Source: an uncultured Verrucomicrobiales bacterium
GTDB lineage: Bacteria; Verrucomicrobiota; Verrucomicrobiia; Verrucomicrobiales; DEV007
DNA length: 38,993 bases
Direction: 5' to 3'
Assembly: GCA_938091905.1 (NCBI GenBank)
Contig: CALKOM010000044.1
Location: 1 to 38,993, forward strand
Below, one piece after another: positions 37,885-38,993 of the stretch; within the stretch, counting starts at the first letter, position 1, and each line of letters starts with the position of its first letter. Both the position numbers and the translations under genes were made by a program. The notes under the pieces are model-generated. The model was given only the letters and a program-made list of their open reading frames with translations, was not told the DNA's origin and searched no databases.

Positions 37885-38892
37885 CTACTCCACCGAGACG
37901 TTGATCCTGAGCAACTGCACCCGATTGATCGGCAACGTAACCGTCGCTGAATCCAGAGCTTCTCCCGGAGAAACGATCCAATCATCTTCGGAAACGTCTA
38001 GCGTCTCCCAGGCAGTGCCATTGCTAGAACCCTCTAGCGCCACAGCCACGCTCTCACGATTTTGCCCCAAAGTATAGGAAACCGTCACATGAGCCTCATC
38101 CACTCGGGCGATCCTCAATGGCTGAAGATCTGGAACAAGAGGCGACGTCCCCAGGTAGAACTCGACTTCTTCGGTCAAACCATCGCCATCGGAATCACCA
38201 GAAGTAGGCGTGTCTTCGGGGAGATCGTTCTCCGCAAGCCACGCAAGATAAGTCAGCCCACCGGAACTGCCGCCACCGCCAGGCATGACGGAATCGATCA
38301 GACCAATGATTTCGCCTGCGTCACGAGATCCGAAAGACTGTGTTGAATAAAGCAACTCCCACGGCGCGTGAGATTGAGAATCTTGAACGCCGTTGAGAAC
38401 GATAAAATTGCGGCGGCGTGCCGACCCTAGCTGAGACGGCGTTGCAGATGCTGGGAACCCAGTGTAATAAGAGAAGCCCTCGCGATGCTGGATCCGAGCA
38501 TCACCCTCGAGCACGCAGTCCACACCGCTCATGTCGAAGTGGTGAGTACTGGCGAAGTTACGGGTAAGGGTATCTTGACCGACAACTTCGATCGTTAGCA
38601 AGAGGCTCACCACCTCAACACCGTTCGCATTGACACCATTTAGGGGAGTCAGAACATCATCGCCAAACTGGCGACCCTGGTATCCTCAGTTTCCTCACCA
38701 CGGAGTCAGATAATACATCACGATCACCTTCCCTTCAAAATCCTCCAGCGATTTGTTCGACAGCGAATTTCCATCAAACAAAGCGAAGGACGTCACCTGA
38801 GAGGCAGCGCCGACTTCGAGTTGGGCATGAGCAGAATGGGCTACGAGCAGAGAACACGCAGCGCCGATGAAAGTGAGGGGTAACCAATTCAT
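37885..38892 (-). CDS. Secreted redoxin (TlpA/AhpC-TSA-like) with UxxU active site (two in-frame TGA) plus a C-terminal DxDGDG module; 335 aa if recoded
   Basis: ORFs 38695-38955 and 37885-38613 are in frame. The junction reads SLEDFEGKVIVMYYLTPW-TGA-G-N-TGA-GYQGRQFGDDVLTPLNGVNANGVEVVSLLL with no other stop. Signal peptide ends AHA. Confidence 0.85.
38659..38675 (-). promoter_or_regulatory. Candidate bacterial SECIS hairpin
   Basis: GUCGCCA-GUU-UGGCGAU at +11..+27 after the second UGA (+20..+36 after the first); GU in the apical loop. Confidence 0.65.
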
Positions 38893-38993
38893 AGGTTCAG
38901 GTCTGTTAGAATGTATGCGTGTAGGTGAGCTGCACAAGCCCCCAGCGCCGATCATTGTAGAGATTCTCGAGAAAAATGTTATCTTCAGCGAGC

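Noticed and set aside
1..38993. Genome-wide UGA reassignment (genetic code 4 or 25)
   Set aside because: TGA ends several full-length genes at their expected C-termini (YdeI, OsmC, SASA esterase, accB), and long genes such as accC and the CotH and LamG proteins have no internal TGA.

Overview
Bacterial chromosomal window, most likely from a PVC-superphylum organism, probably Verrucomicrobiota (inferred from DUF1501/DUF1549 genes, lamin-tail/CotH and LamG giant secreted proteins, sulfatase and WxxxDP helical-repeat proteins). A tRNA-Lys(UUU) at 22998-23070 splits it into two halves. The left half (1-23 kb) is accessory and decaying: an IS3/IS407-group end, nitrilase, a DUF1549/1553-DUF1501-WD40 operon, several pseudogenes, YdeI, OsmC, PI-PLC, a CotH protein, an SGNH esterase, a sulfatase, an ALDH and a transposase remnant. 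The right half is intact and partly core: HAD hydrolase, LamG protein, CRTAC1/ASPIC-UnbV protein, pfkB kinase, thiE, accC, accB. The main discovery is in the right half, where two apparent ORF pairs are each better read as one gene with in-frame TGA. (1) 37885-38892(-) is a secreted thioredoxin-fold protein whose CxxC site is encoded TGG-TGA-GGA-AAC-TGA (W-U-G-N-U), a candidate double-selenocysteine UxxU protein. (2) 28294-32226(+) is an FG-GAP/ASPIC-UnbV/TlpA/TPR lipoprotein with one in-frame TGA. Each gene has a bacterial-SECIS-like hairpin starting 10-11 nt after a TGA, and all three TGAs have CAG at +16..+18. TGA is an ordinary stop elsewhere in the window, which points to site-specific recoding (most likely Sec). 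No sel machinery genes are in the window, so this remains an inference. All family calls come from motif recognition, not from database searches.
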